Position numbers and translations under genes: made by a program
Notes under the pieces: generated by a model
Seen by the model: the letters and a program-made list of their open reading frames with translations, nothing else
What the model was told of the DNA's origin: nothing
The model's database searches: none
Origin: Bacillota bacterium
Lineage (GTDB): Bacteria; Bacillota; Sulfobacillia; RBS10-35; JAJYVN01
Reading direction: 5' to 3'
Assembly (NCBI GenBank): GCA_021791815.1
Contig: JAJYVV010000003.1
Span: forward strand, 1 to 52,212
Length of the DNA stretch: 52,212 bases
Part shown: piece after piece, positions 9,290-18,514 of the stretch
Position numbering within the stretch: position 1 is the stretch's first letter
Layout of the letters: the number at the start of each line of letters is the position of its first letter

Positions 9290-10354
9290 GTGCCCCGCGC
9301 GACCGCGGACCTTCTGACCCCGGCGCTTCTCGTGGACGTCGACCGCGCCCGCCGCAACCTCGCCCGCATGCAGGAATACTGCACCGGGCACCGTCTCGCG
9401 CTGCGGCCCCACGTCAAGACGCACAAGCTGCCGCTCTTCGCGCGCGAGCAACTCGCGCGGGGCGCGGCGGGCATCACCTGCCAGAAGCTCGGCGAGGCCG
9501 AGGTCATGGTGGACGCCGGCTGCGACGACATCCTCCTGTCCTACGAGGTGGTGGGGGAGCGCAACCTCCTGCGGCTGGGCGCGCTGGCCCGCCGCTGCCG
9601 GTTGGCGACGATCGCCGACAGCCGCGCGGTGGTGGACGGCCTCGCCTGGGCCGCCGCCCGCGCCGGCGTGGACCTGCCGGTGCTGGTGGACGGGGACGCG
9701 GGCTATGGCCGCACCGGCATCGCGGCCCCACACGACGCGGTGGCCCTGGCCGAGGCCGTCGCCTCCACGCCGGGCCTGCGCTTCGCGGGGCTCTTCACCT
9801 ACCCGACGCTGTCCGGGACGCGGGACTGGCTCCGCCAAGCCTTGCAGGGCCTCGCCCGTTCTGGCCTCGCCGCCCCGGTGGTCAGCTCCGGCGGCACGCC
9901 CGGCGCGCTCGCGACCCACGAGGTGCCCGAGATCACGGAACTCCGCGTCGGCACGTACATCTACAACGACCGAACCATGGTGCGCCGCGGGGCCGCCGCG
10001 CCCGAGGACTGCGCGCTCTCGGTTCTCGCCACCGTGATCAGCGCCCATGCCGCCGACCGCGTCATCCTCGACGCCGGGAGCAAGGCCCTGACCAGCGACC
10101 TCGTCCAGCACGAGGCGGCGCTCGGCCACGGCGACGTCCTCGGATATCCGGGGGCCCTGGTGGGCCGGCTCTATGAGGAGCACGCCGTCTGCGACATGCG
10201 GGCCTGCGCCGCCCTGCCCCGGGTCGGCGACCGGGTGCGCGTCGTGCCCAACCACGCGTGCGCGGCGGTGAACCTGTACGATGAGGTGGCGCTGGTGCGC
10301 GGCGACGAGGTGCTGGACATCCTGCCCGTCGCGGCGCGGGGCCGCAGCCGGTGA
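9290..10354 (+). CDS. D-threonine aldolase / DSD1-family PLP-dependent enzyme (alanine racemase fold)
   Basis: TPALLVD, LRPHVKTHK (PLP lysine), GITCQKLGEAE, ELRVGTYIYND, LDAGSKAL, EEH, VPNHAC. GGAGGT SD before GTG 9290. Confidence 0.9.
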   Translation: MPRATADLLTPALLVDVDRARRNLARMQEYCTGHRLALRPHVKTHKLPLFAREQLARGAAGITCQKLGEAEVMVDAGCDDILLSYEVVGERNLLRLGALARRCRLATIADSRAVVDGLAWAAARAGVDLPVLVDGDAGYGRTGIAAPHDAVALAEAVASTPGLRFAGLFTYPTLSGTRDWLRQALQGLARSGLAAPVVSSGGTPGALATHEVPEITELRVGTYIYNDRTMVRRGAAAPEDCALSVLATVISAHAADRVILDAGSKALTSDLVQHEAALGHGDVLGYPGALVGRLYEEHAVCDMRACAALPRVGDRVRVVPNHACAAVNLYDEVALVRGDEVLDILPVAARGRSR

Positions 10355-10390
10355 ACCGCGCCGGCCGGCGCACATGGGAGGTCATGCGCG

Positions 10391-10780
10391 GTGGGCGAGC
10401 CCAGGCGCGAGATCCGGACCCCCGACGCGCCGCTGCCCGGAGGCGGCTACTCGCAGGCGATTCGGCGCGGCAACATCGTCTACACCGCGGGGCTCGGTCC
10501 GCACGACCCCGCGACGCGGCAGGTCGTCGGCGACGACATCGCGGCGCAGACCCGCCAGACGCTGCGCAACCTCGAGGCGGTGCTGGCGGCGGCCGGCGCG
10601 GGCCTTGGCGACGTGGTCAAGGTGACGGTCCACCTGCAGCACCTGGGGCGCGACTTCGCCGCCTTCGACCGCGCGTACCGCGAGGTGATGCCGGAGCCGC
10701 GCCCCGCGCGAACCACGGTGGGGTCGCAGCTCGCCGCGATCCTCGTCGAGATCGACATGATGGCCGTGTTGCCTGGATAG
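10391..10780 (+). CDS. RidA/YjgF/YER057c/UK114 family protein
   Basis: YSQAI, DIAAQTRQTLRNL, DVVKVTVHL, PARTTV (conserved Arg), LVEIDM. GGAGGT SD. Confidence 0.9.
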   Translation: MGEPRREIRTPDAPLPGGGYSQAIRRGNIVYTAGLGPHDPATRQVVGDDIAAQTRQTLRNLEAVLAAAGAGLGDVVKVTVHLQHLGRDFAAFDRAYREVMPEPRPARTTVGSQLAAILVEIDMMAVLPG

Positions 10781-10782
10781 GT

Positions 10783-10817
10783 CGCATGGGCGGCGCCCGC
10801 CGGGCGCCGCCCATGCG
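10783..10817. terminator. Perfect 16-bp hairpin between convergent genes, probably a bidirectional terminator
   Basis: CGCATGGGCGGCGCCC-gcc-GGGCGCCGCCCATGCG, 3 nt after the RidA stop. No U-tract. Confidence 0.6.
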
Positions 10818-10849
10818 CAATCCGGACAGCGGGCGGAAGGGCGCGGCCC

Positions 10850-12205
10850 TCAGCATCGGATGCTCGACAGCGGCGCCGACTTCACGGTAGGGCTGCCCTG
10901 CTGGTCCTCCTGAATCCAGACGAGGCGGCCGCCGACGGGCTCCACGCTGCCCGCGCTCGTGGCCACCCCGGCCAGGGTGACGCCGGGCACGCTGCACCAG
11001 GACGTCGCGCCGGCCGGGAGCAGGTCGAGCGACTGGCCGGAGGATTCTCCGCCGATGACCGCGAGCAGGGCGCCGTCGGGCAGCACCTGCACGCCCTGCG
11101 GGGCCGGGCTCTGGCCGCCCGGCAGCGGCGGGAGCGTCACCGGCGTCCAGGTCGCGCCACCGTCCGTGGTCACGCGCACCGAGGGCATCGCGGTTCCCGC
11201 GCCGCGGCCCACGAGGAGCGCCTCCTGTGGGCCGACCGCCGCGATCTCGTTGAGATCGCAGCCGTTCGCCAGGTCCGCCGCGTTGCGGTCGTAGGCCTCG
11301 GTCCACGTGGCGCCACCGTCCGCGGAGCGCTCGATGGGCTGCGGGTGGTCGTTCATCGCGCACGAGCCGGTGGCGGTGGGCGCCGGGCCCCAGCGCAGGC
11401 AGGGCCCGCCGCTCGGGCAGGCCAGGGCGGCCGCCTGCCACGACGCGCCCCCCGCGGTGGCCTGCGTGAGCGCGAACGCGGGGGACCTGGAACTCGGCCC
11501 GCTGCCCGCCGCCGCAACCGGTCCGTAGATCGCCTGCACGGCGCCGCCGGACGTGACCGAGAAGCCGCCGAACCCGCCGGGGTCGAAACCCGTGGGCGGC
11601 GGCACCGCGTTCCATGTCTTCCCGCCGTCGGTCGTGTACGCGGCGGCGTGGTAGACCGGCGGCGCGCCGTACTGGACCTGGCCGACCTCCCACTCGGCGT
11701 ACACGGTGCCGGCGGCCGACGGATCGGGCACGGCGCTCTCGCAGGGCGGCGTCGGCGACGCCGTGCCCGTGACCGCGTACCCGACCTTGGTGAGGGCGGC
11801 GGGCACGCCGCTCGTGGATACGGAGGTCCAGGTCTGGCCGCCGTTCCGCGACACATCGACCGCGCCGGTGGCGCAGGCCGCGAGAACGCCCGGTTGGGCC
11901 GGGTCGGCGGCCGGGCCGACGATGTTGCGCTCGACCCAGAGCTGCGCCGTGGTGGGCAGCGCGCTCCAGGAAAGCGGCGCGGCGGCCGACGAGGAGGCGC
12001 TCCCCACCCCTGCGGTGGACGAGCCGGCGGCGGAGGATGAGCCGCCAGTGGGCGGCGCGGCGGTGCCGGTGGATCGGCCGCCGGCGGGCGCCGCCGGGGC
12101 CTGGCCGCACGCGGCCGCCAGGAGCGCGGCGGCGCAAAGGCCGGCGAGCGCGGCCGTGGCGGCCCTGGTGCGGCGGGGCGCGGTTGCTCGGGCGGTCGAC
12201 GTCAC
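10850..12205 (-). CDS. Lipoprotein with BNR/Asp-box repeats (beta-propeller)
   Basis: AGGAGG SD before GTG 12205. Signal peptide with lipobox LAAAC, Ser/Ala linker, five S/T-x-D/N/A-GG-x-T/S-W boxes. Confidence 0.75.
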   Translation of the reverse strand: MTSTARATAPRRTRAATAALAGLCAAALLAAACGQAPAAPAGGRSTGTAAPPTGGSSSAAGSSTAGVGSASSSAAAPLSWSALPTTAQLWVERNIVGPAADPAQPGVLAACATGAVDVSRNGGQTWTSVSTSGVPAALTKVGYAVTGTASPTPPCESAVPDPSAAGTVYAEWEVGQVQYGAPPVYHAAAYTTDGGKTWNAVPPPTGFDPGGFGGFSVTSGGAVQAIYGPVAAAGSGPSSRSPAFALTQATAGGASWQAAALACPSGGPCLRWGPAPTATGSCAMNDHPQPIERSADGGATWTEAYDRNAADLANGCDLNEIAAVGPQEALLVGRGAGTAMPSVRVTTDGGATWTPVTLPPLPGGQSPAPQGVQVLPDGALLAVIGGESSGQSLDLLPAGATSWCSVPGVTLAGVATSAGSVEPVGGRLVWIQEDQQGSPTVKSAPLSSIRC

Positions 12206-12261
12206 GATGGACCCTCCTGTTCCGGTCGGGGGGCGCCGTGCGTCGCCGCCCGGGGTTGTCA

Positions 12262-12287
12262 GACGGCCGCCCGCCTGTGGCGGTTCC
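12262..12287 (-). promoter_or_regulatory. Putative ECF-sigma promoter GGAACC-N16-CGTC
   Basis: Minus strand GGAACCgccacaggcgggcggcCGTC, about 60 nt upstream of the lipoprotein start. Same motif at 32530-32555. Confidence 0.6.
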
Positions 12288-12327
12288 CGGGGGCTGCTGG
12301 CAGGGCGCCTGCGCGTCCCCGGGAGCG

Positions 12328-13725
12328 CTACACCGCCGGCGCATCCCGCCCGGCGCGCAGCCCGGCCGCCATGGCGAGCCCCGCGGCGCCGACGGCGGCG
12401 ACCAGCGCGATCACGTCGTGGAAGCCTCCTGCCGCCGGTCCGCCCGACCGCTCCCGTACCTCGAAGAGGGTCATGACCAAAGCGATGCCGACCGCGCCGG
12501 CGGCGCGGTCGACGATGTTGAACAGCGTGTTGCCGTCGGGGACGCGCTCCGGTGGGAGCTCCCCGATCAGGCGGCCCAGCATGGGCTGGATCACCAGGCC
12601 GATGGCGAAGCCGCGGCCGGCGAGGAGCAGACCGAGGACCGACACAGCCGTCGACGTCGTGACCCAAAGCATGCCGCACGTGGCCGCCGTGAGGATCGCC
12701 ATGCCCAGGACCGCGGTGCGGCGGACGCCCCACCTCCGCGGAAGGGTGTTCCCGAGGATGCTGCCCACACCCGTCGTGATGCCCTGGGGAAACAGCGCGA
12801 GGCCGGCGGTGAGCGCCGTCCGGCCCTGGAACTCCTGCATGAAGGCCGGAGTGACGACGATCAGCGCGAAGGTCACCACGGACACGGTGGCGACCAGTCC
12901 CATGGCCAGGGCGCCCTGGGCGGTGCGCACCAGGGCCGTGTCCACGATCGGATGGGCGGTTCGCCCGGCCCATCCGGCGTAGGCCAGGAGCCCGCCGGCT
13001 CCGCCCGCCCAGAACGGCCATACGGACGGCGCCAGCCAGCCCCGGGCCAGGCCCGCCGAGGCGCCGTACGTGACGAGCGCGAGGCCGCCGCCGAGGAGGG
13101 CGAATCCCGGGAGGTCGAACGCGCCGCGGGCGCCGGGGCGCACGGGCTCGACGGCGGCCGGGAGCCGCGCCGCGCCCAAGACGGCGACCGCGCCGACGGG
13201 GACGTTGACCAGGAACACGGCCGGCCACCCCGCCGCATGCAGGAGGACGCCGCCGAGCGCCGGGGCGACGGCGGGCGCCAGGAACAGGACCATGCCGGCG
13301 ACGGCCGGCAGGCGCGCCGAGCCGCGGCCCGTGCCGAACAGCATGTTCATCGCCAGCGGCACCAGCGGCGCCCCGAAGGCGCCCTGCGCGACGCGCGCGG
13401 CGCAGAGGGCGCCGAGGGTGCGTGAGGCCGCGCACAGGGCGGACGAGACCGTGAACGCGGCCAGGCTATAGACGTAGAGGCGCCGGGTGCCGAAGCGCTT
13501 GGCGAGGTCCGCGGAGGCGGCGAGGGCGATGGCCAGGGCGAGCAGGTAGGCGCTGACCACCCACTGGGCCGCGCCGAGCGGCCCGTGCAGCGACCGGGCG
13601 ATGCTCGGCAGCGCGACGTTGACGATGCTGCTGTCGATCATGCTCATGAACGGTCCGGCCAGGAGCCCGACCTGCAGCAGGAAGCCCAGGCGCTCGGACG
13701 CCGGGTCGCCCGCGGGCACGGCCAT
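12328..13725 (-). CDS. DHA2-family MFS efflux transporter
   Basis: FMSMIDSSIVNVALPSIA, QWVVSAYLLA, KRFGTRR, ARVAQG, FLVNVPVG, many TM segments. AGGAGG SD before ATG 13725. Confidence 0.9.
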   Translation of the reverse strand: MAVPAGDPASERLGFLLQVGLLAGPFMSMIDSSIVNVALPSIARSLHGPLGAAQWVVSAYLLALAIALAASADLAKRFGTRRLYVYSLAAFTVSSALCAASRTLGALCAARVAQGAFGAPLVPLAMNMLFGTGRGSARLPAVAGMVLFLAPAVAPALGGVLLHAAGWPAVFLVNVPVGAVAVLGAARLPAAVEPVRPGARGAFDLPGFALLGGGLALVTYGASAGLARGWLAPSVWPFWAGGAGGLLAYAGWAGRTAHPIVDTALVRTAQGALAMGLVATVSVVTFALIVVTPAFMQEFQGRTALTAGLALFPQGITTGVGSILGNTLPRRWGVRRTAVLGMAILTAATCGMLWVTTSTAVSVLGLLLAGRGFAIGLVIQPMLGRLIGELPPERVPDGNTLFNIVDRAAGAVGIALVMTLFEVRERSGGPAAGGFHDVIALVAAVGAAGLAMAAGLRAGRDAPAV

Positions 13726-13896
13726 CCCTCCTGTGCGGCTGCGCGGGTCCGGGGCGGGCTGCGCCGGAACGTTGGGTAGCCGATCAGTCAACGCATGGGG
13801 TCACGGTTCCGGCTCGGTCGATAGCCGGCCGGCCCACCGCCGGGTCGATACCTCGGGAGGGCAAGCCGCGCGGGGGCACCGCCTTGACCCACGGCC

Positions 13897-14568
13897 TCAG
13901 GCGGGAGGGGCCGGCTCGCCGGACCCGGGGCCCCGTGGGGGATCATCGGGAGGTCCCGGCGCCGGGGGCCGCAGGAACAGGGCGATCACGCTCTCGGCGG
14001 TCGGCACCGCCGACCACAGCGAGGGGCTGGCGGCGGCGACGGCGATCCCCTGCATGCACATCGCGAGCAGGATCACCAGATGCCGCGGGGCCCCGGAGAC
14101 GAGGTCCCCCCCCTCTGCGCCCTGGGCGACGAGCGCGGTGAGGAGCCGTTCCGAGTCGGCCACGAGGGCCGCGGCCTGGCGGCGGGCCTCTTCGGGCACC
14201 GCGTCGCTCATCAGGGCCTGAAGGACGACCATGAACGTGTGCGGGCTCGACGCCAGCCCGGCGGTCTGCTGCTCGATGAGCCACCGCAGGCGGCCGGAGG
14301 GCGGGCCGGGCCGGTCGATCGCCGCGCGGAGGAGCGCGACGGCGCCGCGGGCCGCCCCGTCCACCAGGGTGGCGAAGACGGCCTCCTTGCTGGGGAAGTA
14401 GTGGTAGAGCAGCCCCTTGCTCATCCCGGCCGCCTCAGCGAGGTCCTCGATGCGCGTGCCCACGTATCCGTTGCGCGCAAACACCCGCGCCGCGGCCTGC
14501 AGAATGGCGGATCGGCGTTCGGCGCGGATCGCCTCGTTGGCCGCCTCGTTGCGCGGCGCGGACGCCAC
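13897..14568 (-). CDS. TetR/AcrR family transcriptional regulator (start uncertain, see findings)
   Basis: ILQAAARVFARNGYVGTRIEDLAEAAGMSKGLLYHYFPSKEAVF HTH. Confidence 0.9.
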   Translation of the reverse strand: MASAPRNEAANEAIRAERRSAILQAAARVFARNGYVGTRIEDLAEAAGMSKGLLYHYFPSKEAVFATLVDGAARGAVALLRAAIDRPGPPSGRLRWLIEQQTAGLASSPHTFMVVLQALMSDAVPEEARRQAAALVADSERLLTALVAQGAEGGDLVSGAPRHLVILLAMCMQGIAVAAASPSLWSAVPTAESVIALFLRPPAPGPPDDPPRGPGSGEPAPPA

Positions 14569-14572
14569 CTCC

Positions 14573-14620
14573 TTGACCGACCGTATGGTCAACATACGTG
14601 CCGGGCCGCGGGGACGTCAA
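14573..14620 (-). promoter_or_regulatory. SigA-like promoter with overlapping TetR-type operator palindrome
   Basis: Minus strand TTGACG (14620-14615), 18-nt spacer, TATGTT (14596-14591). Palindrome TTGACC-N8-GGTCAA at 14573-14592. Confidence 0.65.
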
Positions 14621-14753
14621 GGCGCGTGCCGCCGCCCGGGCAGCGGCTTCTGGGCCGTTGGCATGGCGTGGCGCAGGGCCCCCTGTCGCAGGGCGCGAAC
14701 TTCCTGTCGCGGCAGCCGGCCGGCTCGTTGGGGGTCCAGGGGAGGAGGCCGCG

Positions 14754-15254
14754 GTGGGCGTCTTCGATCGGATGCGCGGCCTGGCCCGCGAGGTCCGACA
14801 GCTTCAGGGCGGCGTGGACAAGGCGCTGAAGCGTTCCGCCTTGCGGGCCCAGGTGGGCGAACAGGAGGCCGCGGTCCGCGAGGCGCTCGTCCAGATCGGG
14901 GAGATCTCCTGGCGCGCGTACGAGGCCGGAGCGCCCGTTCCCGAGGGTGCGGAGGTCCCCATGCGTGCCCTGGATGCGGCCCGCGCGGAGCTCTCCCGCC
15001 TCGAAGACGAGATCCGCGCCCTGGAGGCATCCGAACCGGGCCCGGGGGCCGCCTGCCCGCACTGCGGCGCGTCCACGACGGCGGGCCAACGGTTCTGCAT
15101 GCGGTGCGGCTGGTCTTTGGGGGACGCATCCGCCACCGTCGCTCCCGCGCCGCGGCACTGCGGGTCGTGCGGCGCGTCCCTCACGCCGCAGGATGCCTTC
15201 TGCGGGTCCTGCGGCGCGGCCGCGGCTCTCCGGGCGGGCCAGGGCGGGGGCTGA
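14754..15254 (+). CDS. Coiled-coil plus double zinc-ribbon protein
   Basis: GGAGGAGG SD before GTG 14754. Helical N-terminus, then CPHCG...FCMRCG and CGSCG...FCGSCG. Confidence 0.8.
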   Translation: MGVFDRMRGLAREVRQLQGGVDKALKRSALRAQVGEQEAAVREALVQIGEISWRAYEAGAPVPEGAEVPMRALDAARAELSRLEDEIRALEASEPGPGAACPHCGASTTAGQRFCMRCGWSLGDASATVAPAPRHCGSCGASLTPQDAFCGSCGAAAALRAGQGGG

Positions 15255-15328
15255 AGCTCGCGAGGCCCGCGGCCCCCAGGGCTCCCGCACGGGGAGGCGT
15301 GCAGGCAGTGTCGGCCGCGGGCGGTGGG

Positions 15329-16213
15329 ATGCGCGAGTGTGCGCGATGCGGCACGGGCATGCCCCGGAACGCCGCCTTCTGCCCATCCTGCGGCTGGCGC
15401 AACGCGCCGACCCGCCTTGGCATCCTCGATGCCCGCTGGTGGCGCATCCTCGGCGGCGGTTACATCCTCTTCGTCATCGTCAGCCACGTCGTCCGTTGGA
15501 CCGGCATCCTGAACCTGGTCCCGACCGAACTGCTCCTCGGGAGCTTCCTCGTGCCCGTGTCCTTCGTTTACTTCCTGTATGAGAATGGCACGTTCGCCCA
15601 GATGCCGGCCACGGCGGTGGCGGGCGCCTTCGTCCTGGGCGGCGTCCTGGGGGTCTCGGCGGCCGGCATCCTCGAGGCCGGTTTCGGGCAAGTCGTGCTG
15701 GTGGGCTTCATCGAAGAAGCCGCCAAGATCCTCGGCGTCATCTGGTGGCTCGGAAGCGCCGAACTGCGGGGCGAAGGCGGGGGCATCGTGCTCGGCGCGG
15801 CCGCGGGGATGGGCTTTTCCGCGTTGGAGACGATGGGCTACGGCCTATCGTCCCTGCTGACGCCGAACGGGTTCGATCCGTCCTCCATGGTCTCCGAACT
15901 CATGGCCCGCGGCGTCCTGAGCCCCCTCGGCCACGGAACCTGGACGGCGATCCTGGCGGGAACGATGTGGCGCGAGAAGGCGGCCGGACGCTCGCCCTTC
16001 GGCCGCCCCGTGCTCAAGGCCTACGTCACCGTGGCCGTGCTCCATGGCCTGTGGGACCTGGCGGACTCGTCCCCGGCCCTCTCCCGGCTCAGCATCCATC
16101 TGCCGTTCGTGCAGTTGCCGGTCAGTTCGCTGCTCATCGGGGGCGTGGGCCTGTATATCCTCCGGGGCATGGTGCTCCGCAGCCGCCGCGGGCCGGATCC
16201 CGTCGCGGCGTGA
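15329..16213 (+). CDS. PrsW-family intramembrane metalloprotease with N-terminal zinc ribbon
   Basis: GFIEEAAK, GMGFSALE, GHGTWT, LHGLWD. N-terminal CARCG...FCPSCG. May start at GTG 15308. Confidence 0.85.
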   Translation: MRECARCGTGMPRNAAFCPSCGWRNAPTRLGILDARWWRILGGGYILFVIVSHVVRWTGILNLVPTELLLGSFLVPVSFVYFLYENGTFAQMPATAVAGAFVLGGVLGVSAAGILEAGFGQVVLVGFIEEAAKILGVIWWLGSAELRGEGGGIVLGAAAGMGFSALETMGYGLSSLLTPNGFDPSSMVSELMARGVLSPLGHGTWTAILAGTMWREKAAGRSPFGRPVLKAYVTVAVLHGLWDLADSSPALSRLSIHLPFVQLPVSSLLIGGVGLYILRGMVLRSRRGPDPVAA

Positions 16214-16249
16214 CCTCCTGGGGCCCGCGGGGTCGCTGGGCGGGCAGCA

Positions 16250-16610
16250 CGAGCGGTTCGCCGAGCCGGTGGACCCAGGGCGGGCTGTCGGGTCCGGGTG
16301 CGGCCCGCAGGGCGGCGTCCGCAGTCCAGTACGCCGCAGGAACGCGGCGTCGTACAGGGTGGGCAGGCGCCCCCGGTCGGCGACGGCCGATGCCCGGTCC
16401 ACGGAGTCCTCATCCGTCACGAACAGGAGGGGTAGCTTCCGAAAGTTCCGCCACGCCTCCGCCGCTTCATCCTCCGTTCGCAGGCCCTCGCGGGCGCGGC
16501 GCCGGATCGCCGGCCCGATCTCCGCCCAAGCGAAGGCCGGCAGGACGTTCGCGAGGTGCGTATCCGGCTCGGGGACGGCGAGTTTGCTCAGGACGCTACC
16601 GTCGATGCAC
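16250..16610 (-). pseudogene. VapC/PIN-domain toxin remnant
   Basis: CIDGSVLSKLAVPEPD...PAFAWAEIG...EAWRNF...LPTLYDAAFL, then frameshifted YWTADAAL...PWVHRL. No start codon of its own. Confidence 0.6.
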
Positions 16611-17112
16611 GGCGTGCGATCGTGGGCGCCGACGGCGTGGCGCACGGCCCCCGGGGTCCGGGAGCGCCAGCAGCCTTCGCGGTTGGATGCGGAGAGCAGG
16701 CGGGCGACGAAGCGCCCCTCGCCGTCCGTCAGGAAGTCGGCGTGCGGCGGGGAGAAGCGCGGGTGGACCAGGGTGAAGACGAACCGCCCCCCCGGCCGGA
16801 GCACGCGCCGCACGGCGCCGTAGGTGGCCGTAAGGTCCGGAATGCCCATGGGCGCCAGGTTGCTGTAGACCGCGTCGAAGCTCTCTTCGCCGCAGATGCG
16901 CAGGTCCGGCGGGTCGCCCTCGGCGTACTCCACCCCGATGGCCAGCAACTCGACCCGCAACCGAGGTGGAGGATCCGCCGGCCCCGCACTTCACCCATCG
17001 CTCCGAGCCGGTACCGCGTCACAAGCCCGTGCACTGTGGCGGCGCTTCCGTCGTCGGCGCCCAGGCACGCCGCGTACCGGAGCGCGAAGGAGTCGTAGAC
17101 GGCGGTGGACAT
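16611..17112 (-). pseudogene. Class I SAM-dependent methyltransferase remnant
   Basis: MSTAVYDSFA...GRRILHLGCG, frameshift/deletion near 16955, then ESFDAVYSNLA...VRRVLRPGGRFVFTLVHPRF. C-terminus missing. Confidence 0.7.
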
Positions 17113-17386
17113 GCCCGCGATGGACGGTTCGGGGCCGGCCGGGGTACCCCCTTGCGGGTCCGGGGCACCCGCCCCGCGGGCGCCCCGGCGGCGCCGGCCG
17201 TCCGGCAGTCCATACAACCCCGTTGGGGCCCCCCTCGGCGACCCGTCCGGCGCGCCGCGCGACGATGCGGTCGGCCGCCCGCTTGGGGGAAAGGCGGGGG
17301 CAGATCAGCGTCCTCCCCCGCCACCCGCGCAAGCCGCGCCTCCGGTGGACGACGACCGCCGCACCCGCCGTCACGGCCGAACCCCG

Positions 17387-18514
17387 CTATCCCCCTTGTC
17401 CAGCACGGGGCCCGGCTCCCGCCTCCGGGGTCCCGCCCGGTTCCGCGCCCGACCCCTCCTCCCCGCCGTAGTGGGCCGCGACGGCGCGGAACGCCTCCTT
17501 CGGTTCCCAGGGCATGTCGGGGTACGTCGTGCCGTGCCCCCGCGCAAAGGTCTTGACGAGGCCCATCCCGGACATGTCCAGGTCGTACAGCGGGTCTTCG
17601 CTGTATTTCGAGGACCACCCATCCACGAAGCTCGAGACGAACGCGCCGTCGATCCCGGCGCCGTCCAGGATCCGCAGCGTCTCCACCAGTTCGCGCGCCT
17701 GTAAGCCCTCGTCGCGGATGTATGCGCCCTTGAGGCGTACCCGGAAAAGGCGGCCGATCAGGCGGAGGTGGTGCAGGACCACCGTGCGTTGCTCCAGCAC
17801 GCCGAAGCCCAGCGCCCCCGAACTGTCCGCGCCCCGATAGGTGCGCATCCCGAACTCGGTCACGGCGACCGGCTTGCCGGTGGCGAGGAGGGGCTGCAGC
17901 ATCTGCACGTACCGGTCCTTGATACGCGCATCTCGGTAGTGGTCGATGCCCACGATGTCGAAGGGCGCCCAGTCGACGGCCTCGAAGGCAAGGGACGCAT
18001 GGGTCAGGGGACCGCCGAAGACCGCGCGGGCGGCGGCGGCCGCCCGGCCAAGGAAGGCGTTCAAGGGCCCGTTGTGCGTGCCGGCCTTCAGCCGCTCGCG
18101 GGCGGTCGGGGTCCCGAAGCGTTCCTCGATGCTGCGGCCGGGTACGATGCCCCGCATGAACAGGGTCAGCTCCGTGCCCAGGATGAACGTCACCCTGTCG
18201 GGGTGCCGGCGGCGCAGGGTCTCGGCGGCGGCCGCCGCCGAGAGAAGGGCCTGAAGCGTCTGCTCCGCCGGCCGCTCCCAGATGGTGGGGGAGTACCACA
18301 CCTCCAGGCCGAGGCCCAAGCCGATCTCCGCCACGGCCGCCAGCCGGTCGAGGTGGGAGCCCGTCACCCGGACGGCGTTGCAGTGCAGGTCGTCGCGGAT
18401 GATCTGCAGCTCCCGGTGGGCCACGGCCAGGTCGAGCCTCGGCCTCGAGTCGACGTGCCACAGCAGCCCGGACAAGACGGTCCCCGAATCATAGACCACG
18501 CCGCGCCGCTGCAC
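17387..18514 (-). CDS. Glycoside-hydrolase-like TIM-barrel protein (family often labelled abortive infection protein)
   Basis: RGVVYDSG, RELQIIRDDLHCNAVRVTG, GLEVWYSP, GTELTLF, FDIVGIDHYR, KPVAVTEFG, WEPKEAF. Start uncertain (18514 or slightly upstream). Confidence 0.7.
   Translation of the reverse strand: MQRRGVVYDSGTVLSGLLWHVDSRPRLDLAVAHRELQIIRDDLHCNAVRVTGSHLDRLAAVAEIGLGLGLEVWYSPTIWERPAEQTLQALLSAAAAAETLRRRHPDRVTFILGTELTLFMRGIVPGRSIEERFGTPTARERLKAGTHNGPLNAFLGRAAAAARAVFGGPLTHASLAFEAVDWAPFDIVGIDHYRDARIKDRYVQMLQPLLATGKPVAVTEFGMRTYRGADSSGALGFGVLEQRTVVLHHLRLIGRLFRVRLKGAYIRDEGLQARELVETLRILDGAGIDGAFVSSFVDGWSSKYSEDPLYDLDMSGMGLVKTFARGHGTTYPDMPWEPKEAFRAVAAHYGGEEGSGAEPGGTPEAGAGPRAGQGG

Noticed and set aside
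3542-10354. 2270-aa ORF on the plus strand
   Set aside because: Shadow frame of the S9 and antisense lhr genes, rich in Arg/Gly/Pro/Ala. Only the last 354 codons (from 9290) are a real gene.
8825-10375. N-terminal extension making Lhr 1892 aa
   Set aside because: Antisense to the D-TA gene. Helicase similarity begins after ATG 8824.
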